Assembly: GCA_964252075.1 (NCBI GenBank)
Contig: CAXULY010000013.1
Location: forward strand, 32,001-96,000
Direction: 5' to 3'
Source: an uncultured Deinococcaceae bacterium
Lineage (GTDB): Bacteria; Deinococcota; Deinococci; Deinococcales; Deinococcaceae
DNA: 64,000 nucleotides
In this document: one piece after another, positions 48,640 to 58,558 of the stretch
Numbering within the stretch: the first letter of the stretch is position 1
Layout: the number at the start of each line of letters is the position of its first letter
Translations under genes and position numbers: made by a program
The notes under the pieces: generated by a model
Seen by the model: only the letters and a program-made list of their open reading frames with translations
Databases searched by the model: none
Told to the model about the DNA's origin: nothing

Positions 48640-50676
48640 TCAGGGGGTTCCGAGGGCCGTCAGGCCGAGCAGGGTGGGGTTCGCGTTCTTGCCGTCGCTC
48701 ACGAGCGTGACGGACTGAATGCTGACGTTCGGGCGGGGGTTGGGCCACTCCAGCACGCCCACCGCGACATCCAGGCCGTCGTTCGTCTGGCCTGCCCAGG
48801 CGGGCGACAGGACCATGCTGGACGCCACGACGTCCGTCCACGCGCGGATGGAGCGCCCGTACGCGAGGGGCACCGTAAGGGTCTGCCCGTCCGCGTACTT
48901 CACGTCGTAGTGGCCCACCGTGTCGCGGTCGAGGGCGCTGGGCCAGCCCGTCGTGTGCAGGAATGCCAGGGCGGTCGCCTTGCGGTTCACGGGGATGGTG
49001 GCGCTCACCGGGAGGTCCGCGGCGGCGGGGCGGCTGCCCTTGAGCATGACCGCGCCGGACACGCGGAAGCGGTACGCGCCGAGGCGCACGTCGCCGGTCG
49101 GGAACTTCGAGAGGTCGATGTCCGCGCCCTTCCCGATCCAGCCCTTGCCGTCCTTGTCCGCGAGGGCGCGCGTGGTCAGGCGGCTCAGGTCAATCAGGGC
49201 GCCGGGCGTGCTGGCGTAGGGGGTGGGCTGGTACAGGTCGCGGTAGCGGGCCTCGGGTTGCGTGAGGGTGGGCGCGCCGGGGTTCCAGAAGCTGTTCGCG
49301 GCGCGCAGGTACGCGACGCCCTGGTTCGCCTGCCCGTCCCAGATGCTGGGGTTCCCGAAGTAGCCGTTCCAGCGCGTCTGGATCATGCCCGCGCCGTACT
49401 TCGCGGCGCTCCTGGCGAAGGTCTCGGGGCTCTGGGCGTCGGCCCACGAGGCGCCGAAGGTGTTCGTGAAGCCCGCCGCCTTGATCTGGTTCAGCAGCGG
49501 GAAGTCCGCGCCGGGGTCGTAATTCCAGTACGCCACCTGGATGTCCTTGGGGAGCGCGGCGGGAATCTGGTCCCGGAAGGCGTCCGCGAAGGCCACGTCG
49601 TGCCAGATCATGGTGTTCGCGCCGAGCGCCTTCAGGTGGTCGTGCAGCTTCAGCACGTCGTCCACGAACAGCTTCTCGAAGCCCACCGCCTTGCCGTTGT
49701 CGCGCGCGGGGAAGCGGTCCTTGTTGCGCACCTCGTCGTGCCCGATGTGCACGGTCTTCGCGCCGAACGTCTGCACGGCCTCGTCCAGCACCTTGAACAT
49801 CACGTCGTAGGTGCGGGGGTTCAGGGTGTCGTACGCGAAGGGGTCGGGGCTCTGCGGGTCCTGCAGGAGGTCCCTGTTCTTTCCGCCGTAGAACAGCCAC
49901 CCCACGTGCCCCAGGGTCTCGATGAGCGGGATGGGTTCCAGGCCGTGCTCACGCGCGAGCTTCGCGACCCGCGCCGCTTCGGCTTTGCTGGCCCCGCCGG
50001 GGTGCGCGAAGCCGCCCTGCTTCGCCACGTCCCACTGCACGTAGTCGCTCATGATCAGCACGGCGTTGTACTTCAGCTCGGCCAGCATGGGGATCAGGCG
50101 GTCGTTCACGCCCTGGCTGTTCGAGTCGAGGTAGATCATGGCGATGCGCCGCGCGATGACGGGGGCGTCCTGGATGCTGGCGTAGCGCAGGCCCTGCGCG
50201 GTGAGCAGTTGCCGCAGGGTCTGCGCGCCGTAGTAGGCGCCCTGCGCGTCCGCGCCCACGACGGTCGCGCCGTTCGCATCCACCCACAGGGCGTAGCCCT
50301 CGGGCTTTTCGGTGTACAGGCTGCGGTCCCGCGCGAGTTTCGCGAGGGCAGGGTCCGCGCGCGTGCCGATGGTGATGCCCTTTGCACCGCCGTCCGGGAG
50401 CGGTGCGCCGAGGCGCGTCTGGAATTCCTCGCGCAGGTCCCGCGCCGCCCAGGCGAGCTGCGGGTCATTCCCGACCAGCTTGAGGCCCAGGCCGGTCACG
50501 GGCAGGGTGCCCTTCGGGAACTGGGCCTTCACGGGCTGCGGGATGACGCTGGGGGTGCTGAGGCCCGCGCGGGCGTCCGGGACGTTCTGCATGGCGGGCG
50601 CGGGGGTGGGGGGTGCGGCGCAGACGGCCCCCAGGACGAGGGCCGAGATCAGGGCGGTGAGGTGAAGTGCGCGCAA
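48640..50676 (-). CDS. Secreted GH20 beta-N-acetylhexosaminidase
   Basis: Signal peptide, VIPQP, EGYAL, IQDAP, VHIGHDEV catalytic motif. Confidence 0.9.
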   Translation of the reverse strand: MRALHLTALISALVLGAVCAAPPTPAPAMQNVPDARAGLSTPSVIPQPVKAQFPKGTLPVTGLGLKLVGNDPQLAWAARDLREEFQTRLGAPLPDGGAKGITIGTRADPALAKLARDRSLYTEKPEGYALWVDANGATVVGADAQGAYYGAQTLRQLLTAQGLRYASIQDAPVIARRIAMIYLDSNSQGVNDRLIPMLAELKYNAVLIMSDYVQWDVAKQGGFAHPGGASKAEAARVAKLAREHGLEPIPLIETLGHVGWLFYGGKNRDLLQDPQSPDPFAYDTLNPRTYDVMFKVLDEAVQTFGAKTVHIGHDEVRNKDRFPARDNGKAVGFEKLFVDDVLKLHDHLKALGANTMIWHDVAFADAFRDQIPAALPKDIQVAYWNYDPGADFPLLNQIKAAGFTNTFGASWADAQSPETFARSAAKYGAGMIQTRWNGYFGNPSIWDGQANQGVAYLRAANSFWNPGAPTLTQPEARYRDLYQPTPYASTPGALIDLSRLTTRALADKDGKGWIGKGADIDLSKFPTGDVRLGAYRFRVSGAVMLKGSRPAAADLPVSATIPVNRKATALAFLHTTGWPSALDRDTVGHYDVKYADGQTLTVPLAYGRSIRAWTDVVASSMVLSPAWAGQTNDGLDVAVGVLEWPNPRPNVSIQSVTLVSDGKNANPTLLGLTALGTP

Positions 50677-50728
50677 GTGAACCTCCAGAACAAAAGGGCC
50701 GCCACAACTGGGCGGCCCCCGGTGGGTC

Positions 50729-51967
50729 TTACAGGCTGGCGTTCCAGGCCTTCACGGTGTCGTCGAGCGCCTGCTTCGCGCTCTTCTGGCCGGCCATCGC
50801 GGCCTCCACGTTGTCCTTGAAGACCTTGAAGAGCTTGCTGGCGTCCGGCACGACCACCGTGAGGTCCTGCGCCTTCTTCAGCTCGGTGCTGCTCACGAGG
50901 CGCCCCTGGTCCACAGCATTCGCGCCGCCCTGCTTGAAGTACGCGTTCAGGCTGGCCTTCACGGTGGAGGGGAAGGTCGTCTTGGTGACCTTCGAGAAGG
51001 CCAGCTGGTTCGCGTCGTTCGTGATGAAGGCCGCGAGTTTCTGCGCGGTCGCGACGTCGCGCACGCCCTTCGGGATGGAGATGCCCATCAGCGGCGTGTG
51101 AATCACGTTGCCCTGGATGTTGATGGGGTAGGGCGCGACCTTCGTCTGCCCGTACACGGCGGGGTTGTCGTTCTGCACACGCAGGATGAACTGCGGCCCC
51201 GTGATGAGCATGCCGAGTTTGCCGGAGCCGTACAGTTCCGTGGCGCCCACGTAGCCGCGGCGCATGGTGTCCTCGGGGATGTAGCCGCCCTTGTACAGGT
51301 CCACGTACTGCTGCAGCAGCTTCACGTGCTCGGGGCTGTTGAAGACCGCCTTGCTGCCGCTCTTGTCCAGCACGGGCAGGCCCGCCTCCTGGAACACGAA
51401 CAGGAAGTTCGTGGCGTTGATGTTCGGCATGAAGCCGTACAGGCCGGTCTTGTCCTTGATCTGCTTGGCGGCGGCCATCAGGGTCTGGATGGTGCGCGGG
51501 GGCTTGTTCGGGTCGAGGCCCGCCTTCTTGAAGATCTCGGTGTTGTACGCCACGACTTTCGGCGCCCAGTACCAGGGCAGGCCGTACACCTTGCCGTCCT
51601 GCGTGAAGGTGTTCAGCGCGCGGTCGAAGTACACCTTCTTGGTGGCGGCGTCCAGTGTCATGGGCGTGAGGGCGCCCTGCTGCACCAGCTTGACCGCCAT
51701 GTCGCTGGCGAGGTTCACCACGGCGGGCGGGCGTCCGGCGGCGACGGCGGCTAGCAGCTTCTGCTCGATGGCGTTGGCGGGCACGTCCACCCACTTCACC
51801 TCGACGTTCGGGTTCTGCTTGTTGAATTCCGTGACCACGCGGTTCATCTCGTCGTTGAAGAGCGGCGCGAGCGCGATGGTCCAGAACTCCACCTGGGTTT
51901 TCTGGGCGCTGGCGGTCCCGAGGCTGGCGGCGGTGAGGAGGGAGGCGGTGATCAGCAACTTCTTCAT
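50729..51967 (-). CDS. Sugar ABC substrate-binding protein
   Basis: Signal peptide, YGLPWY, YNTEIFKKAGLDP. Confidence 0.92.
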   Translation of the reverse strand: MKKLLITASLLTAASLGTASAQKTQVEFWTIALAPLFNDEMNRVVTEFNKQNPNVEVKWVDVPANAIEQKLLAAVAAGRPPAVVNLASDMAVKLVQQGALTPMTLDAATKKVYFDRALNTFTQDGKVYGLPWYWAPKVVAYNTEIFKKAGLDPNKPPRTIQTLMAAAKQIKDKTGLYGFMPNINATNFLFVFQEAGLPVLDKSGSKAVFNSPEHVKLLQQYVDLYKGGYIPEDTMRRGYVGATELYGSGKLGMLITGPQFILRVQNDNPAVYGQTKVAPYPINIQGNVIHTPLMGISIPKGVRDVATAQKLAAFITNDANQLAFSKVTKTTFPSTVKASLNAYFKQGGANAVDQGRLVSSTELKKAQDLTVVVPDASKLFKVFKDNVEAAMAGQKSAKQALDDTVKAWNASL

Positions 51968-51983
51968 GACGGCTCCTTAGGGG

Positions 51984-52847
51984 CTAGTAGCTCTTCTCGG
52001 TGACGGCGGCGGCGGTCAGGCGCAGGGACTCGCTGGCGTGCGGCAGGCGCAGGGTGAGGCCGCGGTACAGGGCCTCCAGCACCAGCAGCTGCCCGACGGT
52101 CGTCGCGACCGCGCCACCCCCCAGGGGGTCTTCCGGGCTGGCGGTGTACAGGGTGAGGTCGGCATGGCGGGTGATGGGGCTCTTGGCCCGGTGCGTGATG
52201 GCGACCGTGCGGGCGCCCGCGAGTTTCGCTTGACGCAGACAGTGTACCGTGTCGGTCGTGCTGCCGCTGCGGCTGATGCCCAGCGCCACACTTCCGGCGG
52301 GCAGGGTGGCGGCCTGCATGGCGGCGAGGTGCGCGTCGCCGGGCGCCCACACCGGCACGCCGAGGCGCAGCAGCTTGAAGGCGTAGTCCTGCGCGGTGAC
52401 GCCGCTCGCGCCCTGCCCGCACACCAGCACGGCGCGGGCGCCCGCCAGGAGGTCCAGCACCGCGCCCAGCGCGTCCGCCTCCAGCACCTTGTGGGTTTCC
52501 GCGATGGCGGTCTGCGTGCGGCGCACCGCCTGCAGGATCAGGTCGGCGGGCGTCTCGGCGGTGCCCTCGGGCGTGGGTTCGTGCGCGAGGTCCGCGGCGA
52601 GCGCCAGCTTGAAGTCCTGGAAGCCCAGGAAGCCCAGGTCGCGCGTGAGGCGAATCACGCTCGCCTCGCCGCTGCCGCTGGCCTCCGCGAGTTCCGTGAC
52701 GGTCTGGTAGATGACCTCGAAGGGGTGCGCGAGTGCGTGCGCCGCGACGCGCCGCAGGGCGGGCGTCAGGAGGTCCAGCTGGGCACGCAGGCGGCTCAGC
52801 GCGCCCAGCCGCAGGTGCGGCGCGGGGTGCGGGGCGGCGTCCAGCAT
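51984..52847 (-). CDS. RpiR/MurR family transcriptional regulator
   Basis: ELAEASGSGEASVIRL..LGFLGFQDFK HTH, SIS domain ISRSGST. Confidence 0.93.
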   Translation of the reverse strand: MLDAAPHPAPHLRLGALSRLRAQLDLLTPALRRVAAHALAHPFEVIYQTVTELAEASGSGEASVIRLTRDLGFLGFQDFKLALAADLAHEPTPEGTAETPADLILQAVRRTQTAIAETHKVLEADALGAVLDLLAGARAVLVCGQGASGVTAQDYAFKLLRLGVPVWAPGDAHLAAMQAATLPAGSVALGISRSGSTTDTVHCLRQAKLAGARTVAITHRAKSPITRHADLTLYTASPEDPLGGGAVATTVGQLLVLEALYRGLTLRLPHASESLRLTAAAVTEKSY

Positions 52848-52860
52848 CAGGGCTGCACCC

Positions 52861-53559
52861 TCACGGCTGGGCCACCGGGGGCTGGAGGGCCTGCACGAAC
52901 CAGCGCGTCACGTCGTCGGGCCGGGTGATGGCGCTCCCCACCACCACACAGTGCGCGCCCAGGTCGAGGGCGCGCCGGGCATGCTCGGGCGTGCGCAGGC
53001 GGCCCTCGGCGGCAAAGGGCAGGCCCGCGGCGGTGAGGGCCGCCATTAGCGCCCAGTCCGGTTCGTCCGATTGTGGGCTGTGGGCGGTGTAGCCGCTCAT
53101 GGTGGTGCTCACGAGGTCCGCGCCGTCCGCGAGGGCCGCCTCGGCCTCCTGCAGGGTGCTGACGTCCGCCATCGCCAGCTTGCCGTGTGCGTGAACTGCT
53201 TCGATCAGTTCGCGCGCGCTGTGGGGGCGGGGCCGCTGGGTGGCGTCGAAGGCCACGAGGTCCGCGCCCGCGAGCGCCACCTCTGCGACCTCGGCGGGCG
53301 TGGCGGTGATGTACACCTCGGTGCCGGGGTGGTCGTTCTTCGTGAGTCCGATGATGGGGCGCTGCGTGAGGGGGCGCACGGCGGCGATGTCCGGCCCGCC
53401 GCGCAGCCGCAGGCCGCCCGCGCCGCCCACGAGGGCGGCGCGGCTCATGGCGGTGATGACCTGGGTGTCGCGCAGGGGTGAGGTCGGGTCGGCCTGGACC
53501 GAAACCACCAGCTGGCCGTGCAGGGCGTCGAAGAGGGACTGCGGGCGCGTTGTGGTCAC
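52861..53559 (-). CDS. nanE: N-acetylmannosamine-6-phosphate 2-epimerase
   Basis: LVVSVQA, PIIGLTK, VYIT, MADVST, TTMSGYT, AEGR, VVVGSAITRP. Confidence 0.93.
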   Translation of the reverse strand: MTTTRPQSLFDALHGQLVVSVQADPTSPLRDTQVITAMSRAALVGGAGGLRLRGGPDIAAVRPLTQRPIIGLTKNDHPGTEVYITATPAEVAEVALAGADLVAFDATQRPRPHSARELIEAVHAHGKLAMADVSTLQEAEAALADGADLVSTTMSGYTAHSPQSDEPDWALMAALTAAGLPFAAEGRLRTPEHARRALDLGAHCVVVGSAITRPDDVTRWFVQALQPPVAQP

Positions 53560-53569
53560 GGGCCTCCTG

Positions 53570-53664
53570 TGGAGCGTCGCTCCAGGTGTTCTGTGTATAT
53601 TTGGAGTGATCTTAGGGTTGGAGTGCGACGCTGTCAATCACTTCTGAAGTGGAGTGATGCTCCA
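53570..53664. promoter_or_regulatory. Two TGGAG-N5-CTCCA palindromes plus half-sites (candidate RpiR operators)
   Basis: TGGAGCGTCGCTCCA at 53570-53584 and TGGAGTGATGCTCCA at 53650-53664. Confidence 0.55.
53609..53637 (-). promoter_or_regulatory. Promoter of the nanE operon
   Basis: TTGACA-N17-TAAGAT on the minus strand. Confidence 0.7.
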
Positions 53665-53681
53665 CGCCCACAGGAGGCGTC

Positions 53682-55160
53682 ATGACTCACTTACCCCCCG
53701 CCGGCACCCTCGTCATGGTGGACATCCCCGGCCCCACCCTGGACCCGGACACCCGCGCCCACCTGGAACGCCACAGCGTGCAGGCCGTGTGCCTCTTTCG
53801 CAAGAACATCGAGAGTGAAGGGCAGCTCGCGCAGCTCTGCCGCGACCTGCGCGAGGTGATGGGCGAGCACGCGCTGATCGCCATCGACCAGGAGGGCGGC
53901 AGCGTGGTCCGCACGCCCTTCTGGCCCGCTCCACCCAGCGCCATGAACCTCGGCGCCGCGAACGACGAGGCCCTCTCCCGCGCGGTGGGCGCCGCCACCG
54001 CCCGCTTCCTGCGCGCGGTCGGCATCAACTGGAATTTCGCGCCCGTGCTGGACCTCGCCGCGAACCCCCTGAACCCCGTGATTTCCGAGCGCGCCTTCGG
54101 CGCCGACCCCACCCTGGTGGTCCGCCACGCGCATGCCTGGATGGACGGCAGCCTGGCCGAGGGCGTCGCCACCTGCGTGAAGCACTTCCCTGGCCACGGC
54201 GACACCAGCCTCGACAGCCACCTCGCGCTGGGGCGCGTCAGCAAGGACCGCGCGGCGCTCGACGCGGGCGAACTCGCGCCCTTCCGCGCCCTCACGGACG
54301 CGCCCGCCGTCATGACGGCGCACCTCATCTACGACGCCATTGACTCCGCCTTCCCCGCCACCCTCAGCGAACCGGTCCTGACGGGCCTGCTGCGCGGCGA
54401 GCTGGGGTATGGGGGCGTGATCATCACGGACAGCATGGGCATGCGCGCCATCGATGACCACTTCGGGCGCGGTGAGGCGGGCGTGCGCGCCCTCATGGCG
54501 GGCGCGGACATGGTAATGGCGCTCGGCCGCCGCGAGGCGCAGGAGACCACGCTGAGCGCCATTGAGGTCGCCATCTCGGACGGCACCCTGAACCCCGCGC
54601 GGCTGGCGGAGAGCGCCGCGCGCCTGCGCGCCCTCGCCGCGCGCTACCCCGCAGCCGCGCAGCCCCACACGCCCGAACAGCGCGCCACCGATACCGGCAC
54701 CCTGGAGGGCGCGTGGGCGCGCGGCTTCACCGTGTCGCCCGGCCCGGACGGTGCGCACCCCACGCCGCCCGCGCCCGGCAGCCGCGTCACGCTTGTCGCG
54801 CCGGAGAGCGTGCCCGGCCAGCAGATCAGCGAGCCCGGCGTGAGCGCACAGGCACTCGCGGAGGCCCTGGAGGGCCTGTATGACCTGCAGCTTCACGCCT
54901 ACGCGGACCCCGAGGCCCTCGACTGGGCGGCCCTGCGCGCCGGGGGCCGCACCGTCGTGCTCGCCAGCACCACCCGCGTGCGCGCCTCGGGCCTTGCGGG
55001 CGCCACGCCGGACCTGCACCTCGCGCTCTGGAACCCCTATGCCGCGCTGGACGTGCAGTCCCCCGCGCTCATCACCTACGGCTACCGCCCCGGCGCCCTC
55101 ATGGCGCTGCGCGCGTGGCTGGAAGGCCACTTGCAGCCCACGGGGCGCTGGCCCGGCTGA
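53682..55160 (+). CDS. nagZ: GH3 beta-N-acetylglucosaminidase
   Basis: [28 protein letters not shown]. Confidence 0.93.
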   Translation: MTHLPPAGTLVMVDIPGPTLDPDTRAHLERHSVQAVCLFRKNIESEGQLAQLCRDLREVMGEHALIAIDQEGGSVVRTPFWPAPPSAMNLGAANDEALSRAVGAATARFLRAVGINWNFAPVLDLAANPLNPVISERAFGADPTLVVRHAHAWMDGSLAEGVATCVKHFPGHGDTSLDSHLALGRVSKDRAALDAGELAPFRALTDAPAVMTAHLIYDAIDSAFPATLSEPVLTGLLRGELGYGGVIITDSMGMRAIDDHFGRGEAGVRALMAGADMVMALGRREAQETTLSAIEVAISDGTLNPARLAESAARLRALAARYPAAAQPHTPEQRATDTGTLEGAWARGFTVSPGPDGAHPTPPAPGSRVTLVAPESVPGQQISEPGVSAQALAEALEGLYDLQLHAYADPEALDWAALRAGGRTVVLASTTRVRASGLAGATPDLHLALWNPYAALDVQSPALITYGYRPGALMALRAWLEGHLQPTGRWPG

Positions 55161-55220
55161 AGCGCCGCGAAGGCGCGCTGCGGGGGCGTTTGTCTCACGC
55201 GCAGGCGCTAGCCTGAGGCC

Positions 55221-55655
55221 ATGCAGCGAAGCCTCGTCACCGCCCTCCTGGCGGCCACCGCGCTGGGCGGGGCCGCCAAAGCCCCGCCGCTCACGCAGAC
55301 GGGCGGCTGGGTGGAGGCCGTCGCGCCCGGCGTGACCGACACGAGCGCCTTCATGACGCTGAAGAACCCCGGCCGGGCGCCCATCCGCATCACGGGCGGC
55401 AGCGCCGGCGTGGCCGAGATGGTGATGCCCATGAACACCGTCACGAGCGGCAGCGGCACCGCCCGCATGAGCGGCATGACGAACGCCGCCGCCCTGGTCG
55501 TGCCCGCGCGCGGCTCCCTCACCCTGAAGCCGGACGGCGACCACCTGATGCTGATGGGCCTCAAGCGCCCCCTGAAGCCCGGCGAGACCCTCGCCCTCAC
55601 CCTGAAGACCAGCGCGGGAAACGTCACTGTGCGCCTGCCCGTCAAGAAGCCCTGA
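55221..55655 (+). CDS. Copper chaperone PCu(A)C
   Basis: Signal peptide, SAFMTLKN, Met-rich loop, LKPDGDHLMLMGL. Confidence 0.9.
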   Translation: MQRSLVTALLAATALGGAAKAPPLTQTGGWVEAVAPGVTDTSAFMTLKNPGRAPIRITGGSAGVAEMVMPMNTVTSGSGTARMSGMTNAAALVVPARGSLTLKPDGDHLMLMGLKRPLKPGETLALTLKTSAGNVTVRLPVKKP

Positions 55656-55656
55656 C

Positions 55657-56301
55657 ATGAGCGGCGCGCCCACCGCTCCCGCCCGCCAGAACACCGTGCT
55701 GGTCGGGCTCACGCGCGCCCTGCTGGCCGTCGCGCTGCTGCTGGGCGGCGTGTGGCTGTACGCCCGCGTGAAGAGCCCCTACCCCTTCTACGGCACCACC
55801 TACGACGCCAGACCCACCGCGTACCTGCTCAAGGGCACCGATCAGGACGGGCGGCCCTGGACGCTCGCGCAGACGCGCGGGAAAGCCACGCTGGTGTTCT
55901 TCGGGTTCACGCACTGCCCGAACTTCTGCCCCATCACCCTCAGCTACCTCGAGAAGGCCCGCGAGCGCCTGAGCGCAACCGAGCGCGCCCGCACCGCCGT
56001 GGTGTTCGTGAGCGTGGACCCCGAGCGCGACACCCCACCCAAGCTGCGCGACTACGTGCGCTTCTACAGCCCCGACCTGACCGGCGTGCACATCGCGCCG
56101 GACCCCCTCGTGCAGGCCGCCCGCGCCTACGGCGTCGCGTACCAGAAGACGCCCCTCAAGGGCGGCACCTACAGCGTCACGCACACCACCGCCACCTACG
56201 CCCTCGACCCGCAGGGCCGCTTGCGCCTCGTGTACGACTACACCCAGGTGCCGCAGGTGGACCGCGTCGCGGCGGACCTGCGCGCCCTCCTGAAAGAGTG
56301 A
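55657..56301 (+). CDS. SCO1/SenC family protein
   Basis: FFGFTHCPNFCP, VSVDPERDTP, conserved His (VTHT). Confidence 0.94.
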   Translation: MSGAPTAPARQNTVLVGLTRALLAVALLLGGVWLYARVKSPYPFYGTTYDARPTAYLLKGTDQDGRPWTLAQTRGKATLVFFGFTHCPNFCPITLSYLEKARERLSATERARTAVVFVSVDPERDTPPKLRDYVRFYSPDLTGVHIAPDPLVQAARAYGVAYQKTPLKGGTYSVTHTTATYALDPQGRLRLVYDYTQVPQVDRVAADLRALLKE

Positions 56302-56305
56302 GGCC

Positions 56306-57133
56306 ATGAACCCCAGCGCCCTGAACTTGATCTTCAGCCTGCGTTTCGACCCGGTCACCTGGCTGCTGTGGGCCGCGGGCGTCCTCGCGTACGCGATGCC
56401 CTGGTGGCGCGCCCGCCGCGACCCCGCCCGGCTCGCCCTGTGGCCCACCTGGCGGGTGGTCTGCTTTGCGGCGGGCGCCCTCATCGCGCTGCTCGCCCTG
56501 CAGTCCAGCGCCGTGAGTTACACCCTGAACAGCATGGCGCTCTACATGGGCCGCCTGATGGTCCTCGGGGAACTCGTGCCGCCGCTGATCGTGCTGGGCA
56601 TCCCCAAGGGCCTCCTGCGCCTCCCCGAACACGGCCCGCTGCGCGCCCTCCTGAACTTTCTGCTGGACCCCTTCGTGGCCTTCGCGCTGTGGGCCGCCAT
56701 CATCATTTACTGGAACCTCCCCGCGGGCTTCAGCGCCAGCATCGTGAGCGCCACCACCGGCACACTCCTGCCGTTCCTGTACCTGTTCGGCGGCCTGCTC
56801 GTGTGGGCGCTGCTGATCCCCCCGCTCCCCAGCCGCCTCGGCGGCCTCGGGCGCGGCGGCCTCGCGGTCCTCGCCACCATCCCCATGATGATCGTGGGCG
56901 CCATCTGGATCGGCAGTCCCCGCGTCCTGTACGCCCCGTACGTGGGCGTGCCGTGCCTGTGGAACAGCACGCCGCTCGGCAACCAGCAGATCAGCGGCTG
57001 GATCATGATGCTCGCCGACCTGCCCGCCCTCGCCCTCGCGATCGGACAGGTGCTCGGCGGCCTCATCGCCCTCGCGGACTCCGGCACCGTCACGAGCAGC
57101 ACCGGCACCAGCACGCCCTCCGAGAAATCCTGA
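56306..57133 (+). CDS. Cytochrome c oxidase assembly protein (caa3 CtaG-like)
   Basis: Multi-TM, PPLIVLG, NQQISGWIM; context. Confidence 0.8.
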   Translation: MNPSALNLIFSLRFDPVTWLLWAAGVLAYAMPWWRARRDPARLALWPTWRVVCFAAGALIALLALQSSAVSYTLNSMALYMGRLMVLGELVPPLIVLGIPKGLLRLPEHGPLRALLNFLLDPFVAFALWAAIIIYWNLPAGFSASIVSATTGTLLPFLYLFGGLLVWALLIPPLPSRLGGLGRGGLAVLATIPMMIVGAIWIGSPRVLYAPYVGVPCLWNSTPLGNQQISGWIMMLADLPALALAIGQVLGGLIALADSGTVTSSTGTSTPSEKS

Positions 57134-57136
57134 ACG

Positions 57137-58222
57137 ATGCTGTGGCTGCCGAAACTCATCACCTACCTGGGATTGGTGCTGCTCATCGGCGGCCTGCTGC
57201 GCCGCCGCGCCTTCACCCTCCCCACCCCCGCCCCCGTGTGGCCCACCGTGACGGGCGCGCTCCTCACCGCCCTCGGCGGGCTCCTCGAGGCGGGCGCGTC
57301 CCTCGCGGGCGTGCTCGGCCCCTTCGCGCCCGCCGATTACCTCGCGTACCTCACGCAGAGCGAACAGGGCGCGTGGGTGCTCGCCCGCGCCGCCCTCGCC
57401 TGCCTCCTCGCCGCCCTTGAAGCCGCGCGCCCCCGACCCACGTGGCCGGGCGCGCTCCTCACCGCCGCGCTGCTCCTCACCGTGAGCGCCGTCGGGCACG
57501 CCCGCGCCAGCGGCTGGCCGTGGGTGGCGCTCGACGCCCTGCACCTCGCCGCGATGGGCGTGTGGGTGGGCGCCGTCGCGCTGCTCGCCTGGCGCCCCCT
57601 CGCCCGCTGGGACGGCGCGCAGGTGCCCGCCGCCGTCATTCTCACCTCCCGCCTCGCCCTGATCAGCGTGGGCGTCCTCGTCCTCACCGGTACCCTCGCC
57701 GCCCTGCACCACCTCCCCGGCTGGGGCGCCCTGTGGGGCAGCAGCTACGGCGTGACGCTGCTCGTGAAACTCGGCATCTTCGCCCTCGCGCTGGTCCTCG
57801 CCGCCCTCAACCGACAGGTGCTCATGCGCCAACCCACTTGGCGCCCCCTCGCCCTCGCCATGCGCGGCGAGACGCTCTTCCTCCTCGGCGCCCTCACCGC
57901 CAGCGGCGTGCTCGCCACCGGCACCCTCCCCGAACGCCCTCTCGCCGCCATCACCACCCCCGTCCAACTGCGCTTCGCGAACGGCATCGTGAACGGCATC
58001 CTGCGCGTCCAGAACGGCACCCTGCACGCCGAACTCAGCGACCAGCCCGCGCCCGAACTGCGCCTCCTGATGCTCGACCACACCATGCCCCCCGTGAACG
58101 TCCCGCTGGAACACACCGGAACCCACCTGCAGGGCGAGGCGGACCTCTGGATGAGCGGGCACTGGCTGGTGCAGCTCAGCGTGAACGGCGAAACCCACGA
58201 AATTCCCGTGCAACTGCAGTGA
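57137..58222 (+). CDS. CopD-family copper transport protein with C-terminal YtkA-like domain
   Basis: VGHA, LHLAAMGVWVG, YGVTLLVK; MLDHTM...LWMSGHW. Confidence 0.82.
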   Translation: MLWLPKLITYLGLVLLIGGLLRRRAFTLPTPAPVWPTVTGALLTALGGLLEAGASLAGVLGPFAPADYLAYLTQSEQGAWVLARAALACLLAALEAARPRPTWPGALLTAALLLTVSAVGHARASGWPWVALDALHLAAMGVWVGAVALLAWRPLARWDGAQVPAAVILTSRLALISVGVLVLTGTLAALHHLPGWGALWGSSYGVTLLVKLGIFALALVLAALNRQVLMRQPTWRPLALAMRGETLFLLGALTASGVLATGTLPERPLAAITTPVQLRFANGIVNGILRVQNGTLHAELSDQPAPELRLLMLDHTMPPVNVPLEHTGTHLQGEADLWMSGHWLVQLSVNGETHEIPVQLQ

Positions 58223-58241
58223 CGCGCCGCCCTGGCCGCGC

Positions 58242-58270
58242 TTGACAGTCCGACCAAAGGCCCCTATACT
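58242..58270 (+). promoter_or_regulatory. Near-consensus promoter of tRNA-Lys
   Basis: TTGACA-N17-TATACT. Confidence 0.85.
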
Positions 58271-58283
58271 CCCTTCTGCTAAC

Positions 58284-58359
<76 letters not shown>

Positions 58360-58362
58360 CAG

Positions 58363-58396
58363 AAAACCCCCGCGTGAAGGCGGGGGTTTCGCTTTG
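58363..58396 (+). terminator. Terminator after tRNA-Lys
   Basis: AACCCCCGC/GCGGGGGTT stem + T-rich tail. Confidence 0.8.
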
Positions 58397-58558
58397 TATG
58401 GCCTGGATGCATGGGGTGCGGTTATTATTCGACGGTGACGGGTCTCGGTGCCGTGTGGCGCAGTTCGTGACATACATGCACGGGCTGCTGGATCCTCTGC
58501 TTCTGGTACCCTGGGGACAGTCTTCCTGACCGTCGCCCTGAATGCCGAAAGGACACCG

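Noticed and set aside
55221..55655. PCu(A)C lacking the first His as a degenerate chaperone
   Set aside because: Met at this position is a known variant of the family motif.
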